Assembly: GCA_025937815.1 (NCBI GenBank)
Contig: JAICQP010000003.1
Coordinates: 1 to 51,652 of the forward strand
Reading direction: 5' to 3'
DNA: 51,652 nucleotides
From: Gemmatimonadota bacterium
GTDB taxonomy: Bacteria; Gemmatimonadota; Gemmatimonadetes; JACCXV01; JAHWKZ01
Shown: piece by piece, positions 1 to 9,595 of the stretch
How the letters are laid out: every line of letters begins with the position of its first letter
Numbering within the stretch: the stretch's first letter is position 1
Translations under genes and position numbers: made by a program
Notes under the pieces: model-generated
Database searches by the model: none
Seen by the model: only the letters and a program-made list of their open reading frames with translations
Told to the model about the DNA's origin: nothing

Positions 1-1436
1 ATGGCGATGCCGCCGCCCAGGCCGGCGTTCCACTCGACGTCCTGACCCTCGAACCACGCGTCTCCCACCGACGCCACGCCGACCAGGAACAGGCGCGTGA
101 ACTCGCCCGCTACCGCCTGGTGCACGGTCGCGGTGGCGAACGCCATGCGGTCTCCCGTCAGGAGCTCGTTCAGGGCATCGTAGCCGGGGATCGAGCTGCC
201 GCCGCCGAGGCGGTACAGGAACTGGGGCGCCAGCGTGTCCCCTCCTCCCAGCCGGCCGCCCGCCATGACGCGCAGCGCGACGAACGATCCCCTGGAAGTG
301 GCGATCGGGCGATACAGACGCGCCTGCCCCTGGGCCCAGTCGAACGCGAAGTCGGAGCCGAAGCCCCAGTGCTCGAAGCGGCCCTCGGCCCACGCTCCGC
401 GCGTCGGGAACGAGGGGTCGTCGCGCCGATCCCACGTGAGCCGCGCGGCCACCATCCGCCCGCGGCCTTCGTCGATCGACGGGTTCACGCGCCAGTCCTC
501 GTCGTCTCCGAAGAGCGCGAACGGCTCGCGGCTCCGGAGCGACTCGAAGTCGTCGTCACGCCAGGAGCCGCGCACGGTGACCGCCGCCAGCGGGAAGGCT
601 TTCTCGACCCAGAGCTCGTACCCCGTCCGCTCGTGGTACGTCCGGTCGTCGTCGGCGAACACGAGCGACGCCAGGCTGTTGCCGAGATTCCCCCGATGCC
701 ACGCTTCAGGACTCGTGGTGACCCGGTACGCGTCGGCTCCCACGGTGATCCCGCCGGCCCGCGGCAGCTCGCGGAGCGCGGCCACCCGCCAGCCGATGTC
801 GTCCCGCTCGGTCCGGAACACCGGCCCGCCGGAGAGCTCGGTGCGCGGCCAGTCCTTCCGCTGGACGAGCCCGGCCTCGAGGCCGAACGACAATCCGTCC
901 ACTCCGTTGTATCCATGGATCACGACGCCGAAGACGCCGCGGGGCTCGATCGGGAAGCGCGGCCCCGGAGGCGGCTCGTAATCGACCGCCACGTGCGACG
1001 GCTCGACCGTGACCGCCACCCGCTCACCGCGCAGCCAGATCGTCGACCCCGCGACATCGGCCATCGTCGTTCCGAAATAGCTGCCCCCGACGATGGTCAG
1101 GTCGCCCGCTATCCGCGCCGTCGGTCTCAGGGTCACCTCGCTTCCGACCGCCGTGACGTCTCCCTCGACCGCTCCCTCGAGGACGAGCGCCCCTCCGAAG
1201 TGGACCAGCGGACCTCCCACGGTCTGCGACTCCGCGATGGTAGTGTCCCCCGTCAGGATGGTGGCTCCGGGGGCGTCGACCGCGATGTCTATGATGCGCT
1301 CGAGCGCGAACGGCATCTCGGGATCGAGCTCGACGCGGATCGCCTGGCCCGCGGCAGCCCTGGCCCACGCCAGCAGGACGAGCACCGCCAGGGCGGAACG
1401 GAACGCGGTTCCATGCGTCATCGTGGCCGTCCTCAT
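1..1436 (-). CDS. Omp85/BamA-TamA-like outer-membrane beta-barrel protein with an N-terminal bactofilin-like (polymer-forming) repeat region; 3' end runs off the window
   Basis: Not in the ORF track because it has no stop inside the window. ATG at 1436 overlaps the xerD TGA (ATGA). Manual translation gives a signal peptide ([19 protein letters not shown]), beta-helix-like repeats ([44 protein letters not shown]), then barrel-type strands, [10 protein letters not shown] (BamA loop-6-like) and GDAWFEG...NAGLGGGIA. Confidence 0.65.
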   Translation of the reverse strand, partial: MRTATMTHGTAFRSALAVLVLLAWARAAAGQAIRVELDPEMPFALERIIDIAVDAPGATILTGDTTIAESQTVGGPLVHFGGALVLEGAVEGDVTAVGSEVTLRPTARIAGDLTIVGGSYFGTTMADVAGSTIWLRGERVAVTVEPSHVAVDYEPPPGPRFPIEPRGVFGVVIHGYNGVDGLSFGLEAGLVQRKDWPRTELSGGPVFRTERDDIGWRVAALRELPRAGGITVGADAYRVTTSPEAWHRGNLGNSLASLVFADDDRTYHERTGYELWVEKAFPLAAVTVRGSWRDDDFESLRSREPFALFGDDEDWRVNPSIDEGRGRMVAARLTWDRRDDPSFPTRGAWAEGRFEHWGFGSDFAFDWAQGQARLYRPIATSRGSFVALRVMAGGRLGGGDTLAPQFLYRLGGGSSIPGYDALNELLTGDRMAFATATVHQAVAGEFTRLFLVGVASVGDAWFEGQDVEWNAGLGGGIA

Positions 1437-2383
1437 GCTCGCGGATGAAAGCGGCGATGCTCGGCACGCAGGTACGGCGCATCCACGTGCGTATAGATCT
1501 GCGTGGTGGCGATGTCCGCGTGGCCCAGCATCTCCTGCACGGCGCGCAGATCCGCGCCGCGATCCAGCAGGTGGGTCGCAAAGGTATGGCGGAAGGTGTG
1601 CGGGGTCACCTTCCTGCGAATCCCCGCCGTGCGTACGATCCGCCTGACGATCTGCCATGCACCGACACGGGTCAGCGGCCGTCCACGCGCGTTGAGGAAC
1701 AGGCTTCCCTCGGATCGCGAGCCGCGCAGGGCGGAGCGCTCGCCCTGGACGTACGCGATCCCCGCTTCCACCGCGCGTGAGCCGATGGGCACGATGCGCG
1801 CCCGCTCGCCCTTGGGCCCCACCGATACGGTTCCGCGCCGGCCGTCGCGCCGGCGAACCTTGCGCTCCATCGGCACCAGCCGCACGACCCGCTCGCGCCA
1901 GGCGCACTCCTCGAGCTGGATCGCGATCAGCTCCGAGATCCGCACGCCGGTGGAGTACAGGAATTCGATCATCGCGCGGTCACGCTGGGGAAAGCGGCCC
2001 CCGCCGCGGTGCGCCGCGTCGATGACCCGCTCGACCTCGTCGAGCGAGAGCACGGAAGGCAGGCGCCGTGCGAGGCGCGGTCCCTCGAGCGTCTCGGTGG
2101 GGTCGATCTCGAGGTCCTCCTCCGCCACCCGCCATCGGAACCAGCCCCGCAGGGAGGCCAGCTTGCGGGCCACGGTGGAAGGCGCCAGTCCCCGGCCCGC
2201 GAGCTCGCTCAGCCACGCGCGCACCGACGCGCGCGCGTCGGCATCGAGATCTCGCGCGGCGGCGAACTTCCGGAAGGCCCGTATGTCCGCGGTGTAGGCG
2301 GCGATCGAATTGCGCGAAAGACCGCGCTCGAGCAGCAGGTGCTCGCCGTAGCGGCCGACCGGATCGGTCAGCGCGCTCCCCAC
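1433..2383 (-). CDS. xerD: Site-specific tyrosine recombinase XerD
   Basis: [13 protein letters not shown]-terminus; catalytic residues R (TGVRISEL), K (PKG), HxxR (HTFRH), H (LGH) and Y (TQIY); [13 protein letters not shown]. Start is GTG 2383 or CTG 2371 (CTGA overlap), not 3169. Confidence 0.9.
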   Translation of the reverse strand: MGSALTDPVGRYGEHLLLERGLSRNSIAAYTADIRAFRKFAAARDLDADARASVRAWLSELAGRGLAPSTVARKLASLRGWFRWRVAEEDLEIDPTETLEGPRLARRLPSVLSLDEVERVIDAAHRGGGRFPQRDRAMIEFLYSTGVRISELIAIQLEECAWRERVVRLVPMERKVRRRDGRRGTVSVGPKGERARIVPIGSRAVEAGIAYVQGERSALRGSRSEGSLFLNARGRPLTRVGAWQIVRRIVRTAGIRRKVTPHTFRHTFATHLLDRGADLRAVQEMLGHADIATTQIYTHVDAPYLRAEHRRFHPRA

Positions 2384-3021
2384 TCCCGTCCGTCCTGCAG
2401 GAACGGGTTCGTGCGGCGCTCGCGCTCGATCGTCGTGGGCCCCATGTGCCCCGCGAGGACGCGCGTCTCGTCGGGAAGCACGAGCAGCTTCTCGCGGATC
2501 CCGCGCAGCAGGGTATCCAGCGATCCGCCGGGAAAGTCCGTGCGCCCGATCGATCCCTGGAACAGCGCGTCGCCGGTGAAGACGACCCGCTCTGCGGGCA
2601 GGTAGTAGCACACGCTCCCCGGCGCGTGACCCGGCGTGTGATGGACGATCACCTCGCGGCCCAGGAGCTCGAGCCGGTCGCCATCCCGGACGGGCGTGTA
2701 GGACACCGGCGCAGTGACCGGCATCCCCGCCAGCGCGGACAGGTTCTCGTCGGCGGAGTGGAGCATGGGCTCGGCGTCGGGATGCAGATAGACGGGGGCC
2801 CCGCTCGCCGCCACGATCTCGGGCAGGGCGGCGATGTGATCGGCGTGCGCGTGGGTCTGGAGGATCGCGCGGAGCGCGTAGCCGCCGGACTCGAGCTCGC
2901 CGAGCAGCTTCTCGGGCTCGGCGCCGGCGTCCACGAGGAGCGCCTCGCGGCGCGGCTCGTCGAACGCGAGCCAGGCGTTCGCCTGATACGGCCCGACCGG
3001 GTAGCGTCGTATCGTCAGCAT
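2368..3021 (-). CDS. MBL-fold metallo-hydrolase (glyoxalase II / YcbL-like)
   Basis: [41 protein letters not shown]. Confidence 0.9.
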   Translation of the reverse strand: MLTIRRYPVGPYQANAWLAFDEPRREALLVDAGAEPEKLLGELESGGYALRAILQTHAHADHIAALPEIVAASGAPVYLHPDAEPMLHSADENLSALAGMPVTAPVSYTPVRDGDRLELLGREVIVHHTPGHAPGSVCYYLPAERVVFTGDALFQGSIGRTDFPGGSLDTLLRGIREKLLVLPDETRVLAGHMGPTTIERERRTNPFLQDGREWGAR

Positions 3022-3186
3022 GAATGCATGGAGGGCTGGAATATAGTCGGAACCCCGGTTGGCGTGCGGCGCGGTTCCGGGATGACCGGTCCCCGTCCTC
3101 GGAGTACCATTGGACCGACGCCTTCACGCCATCGCTCTGTGCGGGCAGCCGATGAATCCCGCCGGGCACATCGAAAGGACTCGAAG

Positions 3187-4212
3187 ATGATAGCCTTGCT
3201 CGTCCCCCTCGTAGCCGCCACCTGCATCGTCTCGTGCGGCTCCGACGCTTCCCGGCCCGCTGTCGAATCGCCCGGGCCCGCGGTCGCCTCCTCCCCGGAC
3301 TCGCTCGAGATCCGCGAGTGGACGGTTCCCTGGCCGAATACCCGTCCGCGCGACCCGATCGTCGACGCCGGGGGCCGCGTCTGGTTCGTCGGTCAGCGCG
3401 GCAACTACGTGGGCTCGCTGGATCCCGAGAGCGGCGAGTTCGATCGCACCGACCTACCGCCGAACGCGCTCCCGCACAACGTGATCGTCGGACCGGACGG
3501 CGCGCTCTGGTATGCCGGAAACGGCGACGGCCACATCGGCAGGATGGATCCGGCGACCGGCGAGTCGAGACGGTTCGACGTGCCCGTGCGCGATCCCCAC
3601 ACGCTGATGTTCGCTCCCGACGGCAAGCTGTGGTTCACTGCCCAGGGCGCCAACCGGATCGGACGCCTCGACCCCGAGACCGGCGACGTGCAGGTCGTGG
3701 AGCCGTCGGCAGCCGACGCCCGGCCGTACGGCATCGTGATGGATGACGAGGGCCGGCCGTGGGTGGCGCTCTTCGGCACGAACCGGATCGCCACCATCGA
3801 ACCTTCCACGATGGAGCTCACGGAGCACGCCCTGCCGGCGGCGGATGCGCGCATCCGGCGGCTCGAGGTCGCGGCGGACGGGAGCGTCTGGTATGCGGAC
3901 TACGCGCGCGGAATCCTGGGCCGCTTCGATCCCGCCACCGTCGAGGTCGTCGAGTGGATCACCCCCGGGGGCTCCGGCTCGCGCCCCTACGCGCTGGCGA
4001 TGGACGACCGCCAGCGGATCTGGTTCGTCGAGACCGGCTCGGAGCCCAACCGCCTGGTCGGCTTCGATCCGTCCACCGAGGAGTTCTTCGACGTGACCCC
4101 GGTCCCGAGCGGCGGTGGAACCGTGCGCCACATGGTGTTCGACGCGCCGACGGTATCGCTCTGGTTCGGGACGGACGCGAACACGATCGGGCGCGCGCGC
4201 CTGGGCTCGTGA
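3187..4212 (+). CDS. Virginiamycin B lyase (Vgb)-family beta-propeller, probable lipoprotein
   Basis: Repeated P..i..gpdG.lW...g.n.IgrlDP.tG blades; signal ending IVSC; ATG at 3187. Confidence 0.8.
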   Translation: MIALLVPLVAATCIVSCGSDASRPAVESPGPAVASSPDSLEIREWTVPWPNTRPRDPIVDAGGRVWFVGQRGNYVGSLDPESGEFDRTDLPPNALPHNVIVGPDGALWYAGNGDGHIGRMDPATGESRRFDVPVRDPHTLMFAPDGKLWFTAQGANRIGRLDPETGDVQVVEPSAADARPYGIVMDDEGRPWVALFGTNRIATIEPSTMELTEHALPAADARIRRLEVAADGSVWYADYARGILGRFDPATVEVVEWITPGGSGSRPYALAMDDRQRIWFVETGSEPNRLVGFDPSTEEFFDVTPVPSGGGTVRHMVFDAPTVSLWFGTDANTIGRARLGS

Positions 4213-4811
4213 AGCGCGGGGCCGGGGGCGCGCTCGCCGTCGCGCTCGCGGCCGCCGGCCCGCTCGCCGCCGGCGTCGGGTATCTCTCCGGGTATCCGGA
4301 TGCCCCACCGCCGGGGATGACCGGTGGTTTCGGCGAGCCCACCTGCGTCTCCTGCCATTTCGCGGCGACTCCCGACACCCTGGGTTCGCTGATCCTGAGG
4401 GGGCTGCCCGCCACGCTCGAGGCCAACCGGAGGTACGAGCTGACCGTCGAGCTCGCGCGGGAAGACATGGCGGCCGCCGGATTCCAGCTCTCCGCGCGCT
4501 TCGCCGCGGGCCCCGCTCGCGGCCGTCAGGCGGGCGATTTTCGCGTGCTCGGGACCGAGACTGCGGTAACCGCGCAGGCGGGCGTCGAGTACGTCCATCA
4601 GACGCTCGCCGGAACGGTGCCGTCGACTCCCGGTGTGGCGCGCTGGCGGCTCGGGTGGACCGCGCCCCGCGAGGCCTCTGCAGCCGTCCGGTTCCACATC
4701 GCGGCCAACGCGGCCAACGGCGACGAGTCGCCGCTGGGCGACAGGGTCTACGCCCTCGAAGAGACGATCGGGTTCGCAGCGCCGCGCGCCGCTCGATCCG
4801 CCGACCGGTGA
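4209..4811 (+). CDS. Exported Reeler-like (choice-of-anchor V-type) domain protein with CxxCH
   Basis: GTGA overlap with the upstream stop; signal peptide; TGGFGEPTCVSCH; GFQLSAR; WTAP; NAANGDESPLGDRVY. Confidence 0.7.
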   Translation: MKRGAGGALAVALAAAGPLAAGVGYLSGYPDAPPPGMTGGFGEPTCVSCHFAATPDTLGSLILRGLPATLEANRRYELTVELAREDMAAAGFQLSARFAAGPARGRQAGDFRVLGTETAVTAQAGVEYVHQTLAGTVPSTPGVARWRLGWTAPREASAAVRFHIAANAANGDESPLGDRVYALEETIGFAAPRAARSADR

Positions 4812-4827
4812 GCGATCCAGGGGTTCG

Positions 4828-5880
4828 TCAACTCGCTGTTCTCGAAGGGATAGCGGCTCGCTCGCGTCGGGCCAGGGCATGACGCGCGGCGGCCGCGACG
4901 ATCGGATCGGCATCCGCGGTGGCTGTTTCGAGCGCCTCCATCGAGCCACCCCCGGTGTTCCCGGCTACGGTCGCGGCGTTCCGCGCCAGCCCGCCCCGCC
5001 GCGTCCGCTCGATCGCGCTCTCGCCGAACCGGGCGTCGAACTCCTCGTCGCTCATCGTCAGGAGATCATCCAGCGACGAGGGCCAGGCGGCCGCGCGGGG
5101 TCGGAAACGCTCCTCGGCGGTCTCCGGTGCGTCCCGGTTCCAGGGGCAGACATCCTGGCAGATGTCGCAGCCGAAGAGCCATGCCCCCACCGACTCCTCT
5201 TCTTCCGGCGACAGCTCGCCGCGGTGCTCGATCGTCCAGTACGAGATGCAGCGGCGCGCGTCCAGCTCGCGCGGGGCCACGATCGCGCCCGTCGGGCAGG
5301 CCTCGATGCAGCGCGTGCAGGTGCCGCAGTGGTCGACGCCGGCCGCGTCCGGATCCAGCTCCGCGCGCACGAGTAGCTCGCCCAGGAAGAGGAACGAGCC
5401 CAGGCGCTGGTTGAGGAGGAGCGTGTTCTTGCCGCGCCAGCCGAGACCCGCGCGCTCCGCCCACCAGCGCTCCATGACGGGGCCCGAATCGGTGAACGCC
5501 CGCCCGTCGAATGCGGGATCGAGCGCGCGCCCGCGCGCCAGGAGGGCGTGGAGCTTGTCCTTGAGCACGCGGTGGTAGTCCTCGCCCCAAGCGTACCGCG
5601 CGACCTTCGTCCCCCGGGGCTGGGGAGCGTCGCGCTCGGGGCGGAAATAGAGGAGCCCGACCGAAACGACGGAGCGGCACCCGTCGACCAGCAGCCGCGG
5701 ATCGACCCGCTTCTCGCGCCAGCTCTCCATCCAGCGCATCGTCCCGTGGCGCCCGCGGGAGAGCCATTCCGCGAGCAGATCGGCTTCGTCCACCGCTTCG
5801 GCGCGCGCGATGCCGACCAGGTCGAATCCCAGGTCCAGCGCCTCGGCCTTGATCCGGCGGCTCAGCTCGGCGGGAGTCAC
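4828..5880 (-). CDS. queG: tRNA epoxyqueuosine(34) reductase
   Basis: YAWGEDYH, DSGPVMER, GLGWRGKN, CGTCTRCIEACPT, RCISYWTIE, GCDICQDVCPWN. GTG start at 5880 overlaps the uvrC stop. Confidence 0.95.
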   Translation of the reverse strand: MTPAELSRRIKAEALDLGFDLVGIARAEAVDEADLLAEWLSRGRHGTMRWMESWREKRVDPRLLVDGCRSVVSVGLLYFRPERDAPQPRGTKVARYAWGEDYHRVLKDKLHALLARGRALDPAFDGRAFTDSGPVMERWWAERAGLGWRGKNTLLLNQRLGSFLFLGELLVRAELDPDAAGVDHCGTCTRCIEACPTGAIVAPRELDARRCISYWTIEHRGELSPEEEESVGAWLFGCDICQDVCPWNRDAPETAEERFRPRAAAWPSSLDDLLTMSDEEFDARFGESAIERTRRGGLARNAATVAGNTGGGSMEALETATADADPIVAAAARHALARRERAAIPSRTAS

Positions 5881-7727
5881 CCCGTGCCGCTCTCGACCGG
5901 TTGCGCGTCCCCGGTCGATCCGAGCGCCGCCTTCACGCGCTCGGCGAGCGCCGTCGAGAAGCCCGGGACCTTGGCGATCTCGTCGACATGCGTCTTGCGG
6001 ATCCTGTCGACGGACCGGAAGTGATGGAGGAGCGCCGCGCGCCGCCTGGGCCCGATTCCCGGGACCGCGTCCAGCTCGGAGGCGATCGTCCGTTTCGACC
6101 GCAGGGTGCGGTGATACGACACCGCGAAGCGGTGGGCCTCGTTCCGGATGTGCTGGATCAATTGGAGCGCGCGCGACCGTCGCGGCAGCCAGAGCGGGTC
6201 GGTGCGGCCCGGGAGATAGATCTCCTCCTCGCGCTTGGCGAGTCCCAGCGTGTCGACGTCGTCCAAGGCGCCCAATTCCGCGAGCACCGCCCGCGCCGCC
6301 CCCAGCTGGCCCTTGCCGCCGTCGATCACGAGCAGGTCGGGGGGCTCCTCTCCATGATCCAGGATCCCCCGGAAGTAGCGCTCCGTGACCTCGGCCATCA
6401 TCGCGAAGTCGTCCTGCCCTTCCACGTACTTGATGCGGAAGCGGCGGTAGCCGGCCTTGCGTGGGACGCCGTTCTCGAACGTCACGACCGACCCGACGGA
6501 ATCGCGGCCCTGGATCGTGGAGATGTCGATGCACGCGATCCGGCGCGGGATCCGCGCCAAACCCAGCACGGCCTGTAGCTCGAGGACGTCGTCGCTCGCG
6601 CGCTCCGTCCGGCGCTCGTCCTGCAGGAGTCGCTCCTCGAGGAGCAGGCTCGCGTTGCGGTTCGCGAGCTCGACCTGCCGCGCCTTCTCCCCTCGAGCCG
6701 GAACGAAGAGCCGCACCGTCCGACCTGCGCGCCCGCGCACGAGCTCCTCGACCAGCGGGCGGTCCTCGAAGTCGAACGGCAGCAGGACTTCCGACGGGAA
6801 TCGGTCCCCGCGCAGGTAGTAGCGGGTCAGGAACAGCGACAGGATCTCGCCATCCTCGAACCCCTCGACGTTCCCGAGGAGATGGTGCTCCTTGCCGAGC
6901 ATCAGTCCGTCGCGGATCTCCAGGATCAGGCCGCACGCGTCGTCGCCTACGCGCGCGAGGCCGATGATGTCCCGGTCCTCCCCCGCCAGGCTAGATACGC
7001 GCTGTCCTTCGCGGATCTCCTCGAGCTGTGCGATCTGTCGCTTGTATCCGGCTGCGCGCTCGAACTGGAGCCGCTCCGACGCGCGCCGCATCCGCTCCTC
7101 GAGCGCGCGCCGCGCCGCCCGCGTGTCGCCCTCGAGGAAGCGCACGACCTCGTCGATCATCGCGCGATACTCCTCCCTCGAGACGTACCCCACGCACGGC
7201 GCCTCGCAGCGGTCGATGTGGTAATCGAGGCAAGGCCGTGTCGGGCCCTCGTCGAGGAGGCGGTAGCGGCAGGAGCGGACGGGGAACAGGTCCTTGATGA
7301 GCGCCAGGTTCCGCCTCAGCAGCTTGACCTGCGTGAACGGACCGAAGTAGCGCGCGCCATCCTCCAGGACGCGGCGGGTGACGTACACGCGCGGGTAGTC
7401 CTCGTTCAGCGTGACCTTGATGTACGGATAGGACTTGTCGTCTCGGAGGACGATGTTGAACCGCGGATCGTGCTCCTTGATGAGGTTCGATTCGAGGAGT
7501 AGCGCCTCGGCGGCGGTGCCCGTCACGATCCAGTCGAAGTCCGCGACGTGGCTCATGAGCACGCGGGTCTTGTCCGGGAGCGCGGCGGCGGGTTGCAGGT
7601 ACGAACGCACCCGGGACCGGAGGTCGCGCGCCTTGCCCACGTAGAGGATCCCGCCCCGAGCGTCCCGGAACAGATAGACGCCCGGCCGTCTGGGCAGGGT
7701 CGCGGCGCGCTCCTTGATCTTCTTCAT
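5877..7727 (-). CDS. uvrC: Excinuclease ABC subunit C
   Basis: GIY-YIG (PGVYLF..LYVGKA), LRDDKSYPY, Cys-rich region, UVR domain, DGGKGQL, RNEAHRFA, HhH GIGP. Confidence 0.97.
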   Translation of the reverse strand: MKKIKERAATLPRRPGVYLFRDARGGILYVGKARDLRSRVRSYLQPAAALPDKTRVLMSHVADFDWIVTGTAAEALLLESNLIKEHDPRFNIVLRDDKSYPYIKVTLNEDYPRVYVTRRVLEDGARYFGPFTQVKLLRRNLALIKDLFPVRSCRYRLLDEGPTRPCLDYHIDRCEAPCVGYVSREEYRAMIDEVVRFLEGDTRAARRALEERMRRASERLQFERAAGYKRQIAQLEEIREGQRVSSLAGEDRDIIGLARVGDDACGLILEIRDGLMLGKEHHLLGNVEGFEDGEILSLFLTRYYLRGDRFPSEVLLPFDFEDRPLVEELVRGRAGRTVRLFVPARGEKARQVELANRNASLLLEERLLQDERRTERASDDVLELQAVLGLARIPRRIACIDISTIQGRDSVGSVVTFENGVPRKAGYRRFRIKYVEGQDDFAMMAEVTERYFRGILDHGEEPPDLLVIDGGKGQLGAARAVLAELGALDDVDTLGLAKREEEIYLPGRTDPLWLPRRSRALQLIQHIRNEAHRFAVSYHRTLRSKRTIASELDAVPGIGPRRRAALLHHFRSVDRIRKTHVDEIAKVPGFSTALAERVKAALGSTGDAQPVESGTG

Positions 7728-7770
7728 AACTCTTTAATTTACCGCGACTTGGACTGAAAACCAGCGTCGC

Positions 7771-9381
7771 TCACACACGGGTTCCGCGCCCTCCGGGCGA
7801 AGTGTCGCCGGAGCCGCGTCTTCCGATGCGCTCCCGAACCTCGCGAAGCCCGTCGACGCCGAGCGCGTTAGCCGCGGCGAGGTAGGCGGCGCCGATTCCC
7901 CCGTAGAGACCGGCCGCTCCCAGGAGCCGCTCCGGCAGCTCCCAGCCCGGCCAGGCGCCGAGCATCCATGCATACGGCAAAGCGGCCACGACCCCCGCGG
8001 CGAGCGCCGCCGCAAGCATGCGCAGCGTGTCGGCGCCCGTCGACCCGGCGAACAGACCTCCGAAGCGCGCGCGCAGGATCGCCCCCAGCGCGGTCGCGTT
8101 CGCGATCGCGGCCACGGCGGTGGCGAGCGCGATGCCCGGGGTCCCGACGAGCCACGCCAGCGCGACCCCGAGCGCGACGTTGACCGCCAGCGCGCCAACG
8201 GCGACGCGCACCGGCGTCCGCGTGTCCTGAGTGGCGTAGAACGCCGTCGCGAACAGGCGCACCGCGCCGTAGGCCAGGAGCCCGACGGCGTAGGCGGCGA
8301 GGACCCAGGTCACCGCCGACGTGTCTCCGGCATCGAACCGCCCGCGCTCGAAGAGGAGGCTCACGGCCGGACGGCCGAACGCCCCCAGCGCGAGCGCGGA
8401 CGGGAGCATGAGGAACGCCATCCGCCGCCACGCCGTCGCCAGCTCGGCCAGGATTCGATCCCCCGAGCGGACCGCGTCGTGGGACAGCGTGGGCAGCGCG
8501 ACCTGCGCGATCGCGACTCCGAAGAGCGAAAGAGGGAGGAGATACAGCCGCTGGGCGTATGCCAGCGTCGCCACGCTCTGATCGCTGATGAAGCTCGCGA
8601 TCTGGACGTCGATCAGGGTCGACAGCTGCGCCACGCCGGTCCCGACCAGCATCGGGCCGAACAGCGCCACCACCTTCCGCACGGCGGGCTCGCGCCAGCC
8701 ACCCCCCGGCGCGAGCGTTCCCAGCGTCGTCTTCACGGCCGGCAGCTGCACCAGGAGCTGGAGTGCGCTCCCCGCGACCACGCCCCACGCGAGAACGTAG
8801 ACCGGATCCATGTCGACCCGGCCGACGAACGCGATCAGCGCGCCGGCAGAGGCAACCGACCAGAAGAGGGGCGCGAAGTTCGGCCAGAAGAACCGTCCGT
8901 GTGCGTGGAGCACGCCCATGCACCAGGCTCCGACGACCATGAACGCCAGTGTGGGAAAGAGGATGACGATCAGCCGCTCGACGAGCTCGCGCAGAGCGGG
9001 GTCGAAGCCCGGCGCGACGATCCACGCGAGAGCCGGGGCGGCCGCCATGCCCGCCAGCGTCAGCACGGCTACCGTCGCCAGCAGGAGACCCAGCACACCG
9101 CGCGCGAGGTGCCGGGTCCGCGCCGCGTCGCCCGCCCGCATCCCCTGCGCCAGGACGGGGATGAACGAGGCGGAGAGGTTCCCCTCGCCGAGGAGCACGC
9201 GCACCAGGTTCGGGACCTTGTAGGCGGCGACGAACGCGGAGTAGGCCGCCGAGCGCCCGAAGTAGAACGCCACGACCTGCTCGCGGACGAGGCCGAACAC
9301 CCGGCTCACCCCGATCCCGAACATGACGACGAGCGTGGCAGGGGCGGACCGCCGCGTCGGCGGGGTCTGGGGCGCGACCAC
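7771..9381 (-). CDS. murJ: Lipid II flippase MurJ/MviN
   Basis: SRVFGLVRE, PNLVRVLLGEGNLSASFIP, YAQRLYLLP, LFERGRF, FYATQDTRTP; many TM segments. Start is about GTG 9381. Confidence 0.93.
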   Translation of the reverse strand: MVAPQTPPTRRSAPATLVVMFGIGVSRVFGLVREQVVAFYFGRSAAYSAFVAAYKVPNLVRVLLGEGNLSASFIPVLAQGMRAGDAARTRHLARGVLGLLLATVAVLTLAGMAAAPALAWIVAPGFDPALRELVERLIVILFPTLAFMVVGAWCMGVLHAHGRFFWPNFAPLFWSVASAGALIAFVGRVDMDPVYVLAWGVVAGSALQLLVQLPAVKTTLGTLAPGGGWREPAVRKVVALFGPMLVGTGVAQLSTLIDVQIASFISDQSVATLAYAQRLYLLPLSLFGVAIAQVALPTLSHDAVRSGDRILAELATAWRRMAFLMLPSALALGAFGRPAVSLLFERGRFDAGDTSAVTWVLAAYAVGLLAYGAVRLFATAFYATQDTRTPVRVAVGALAVNVALGVALAWLVGTPGIALATAVAAIANATALGAILRARFGGLFAGSTGADTLRMLAAALAAGVVAALPYAWMLGAWPGWELPERLLGAAGLYGGIGAAYLAAANALGVDGLREVRERIGRRGSGDTSPGGRGTRV

Positions 9382-9435
9382 TTTCGGACCTCCTCGGGGA
9401 CGGGAGAGACGGGGCGACCCAAGATAGCGGGGCCT

Positions 9436-9451
9436 GCAGCCGAGCGGCTGC
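9436..9451. promoter_or_regulatory. Inverted repeat, candidate enhancer (UAS) for the sigma54 activator
   Basis: GCAGCCG-AG-CGGCTGC, about 80-90 bp upstream of the -24/-12 element. Confidence 0.35.
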
Positions 9452-9525
9452 CTCGCCGCCCCAGGGCTGCAGGTAGAAGTCGATGTTGCCAAACGCAAAC
9501 CGCTGTACTCCAACAACTTGGATTT

Positions 9526-9542
9526 GCGGCACGAACGGTGCC
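9526..9542 (+). promoter_or_regulatory. sigma54 (-24/-12) promoter
   Basis: GCGGCACGAACGGTGCC: GG (9528-29), N10, GC (9540-41), with a GGCACG core. It lies upstream of an operon encoding a GAFTGA activator. Confidence 0.7.
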
Positions 9543-9595
9543 TTAATGGTCCGGCGATAGCGATCTCCAACGATCTCGAACCGACCGGAGGACCC

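Noticed and set aside
3187-4212. Streptogramin resistance gene
   Set aside because: Only family-level similarity; it has an export signal and no mobile context.
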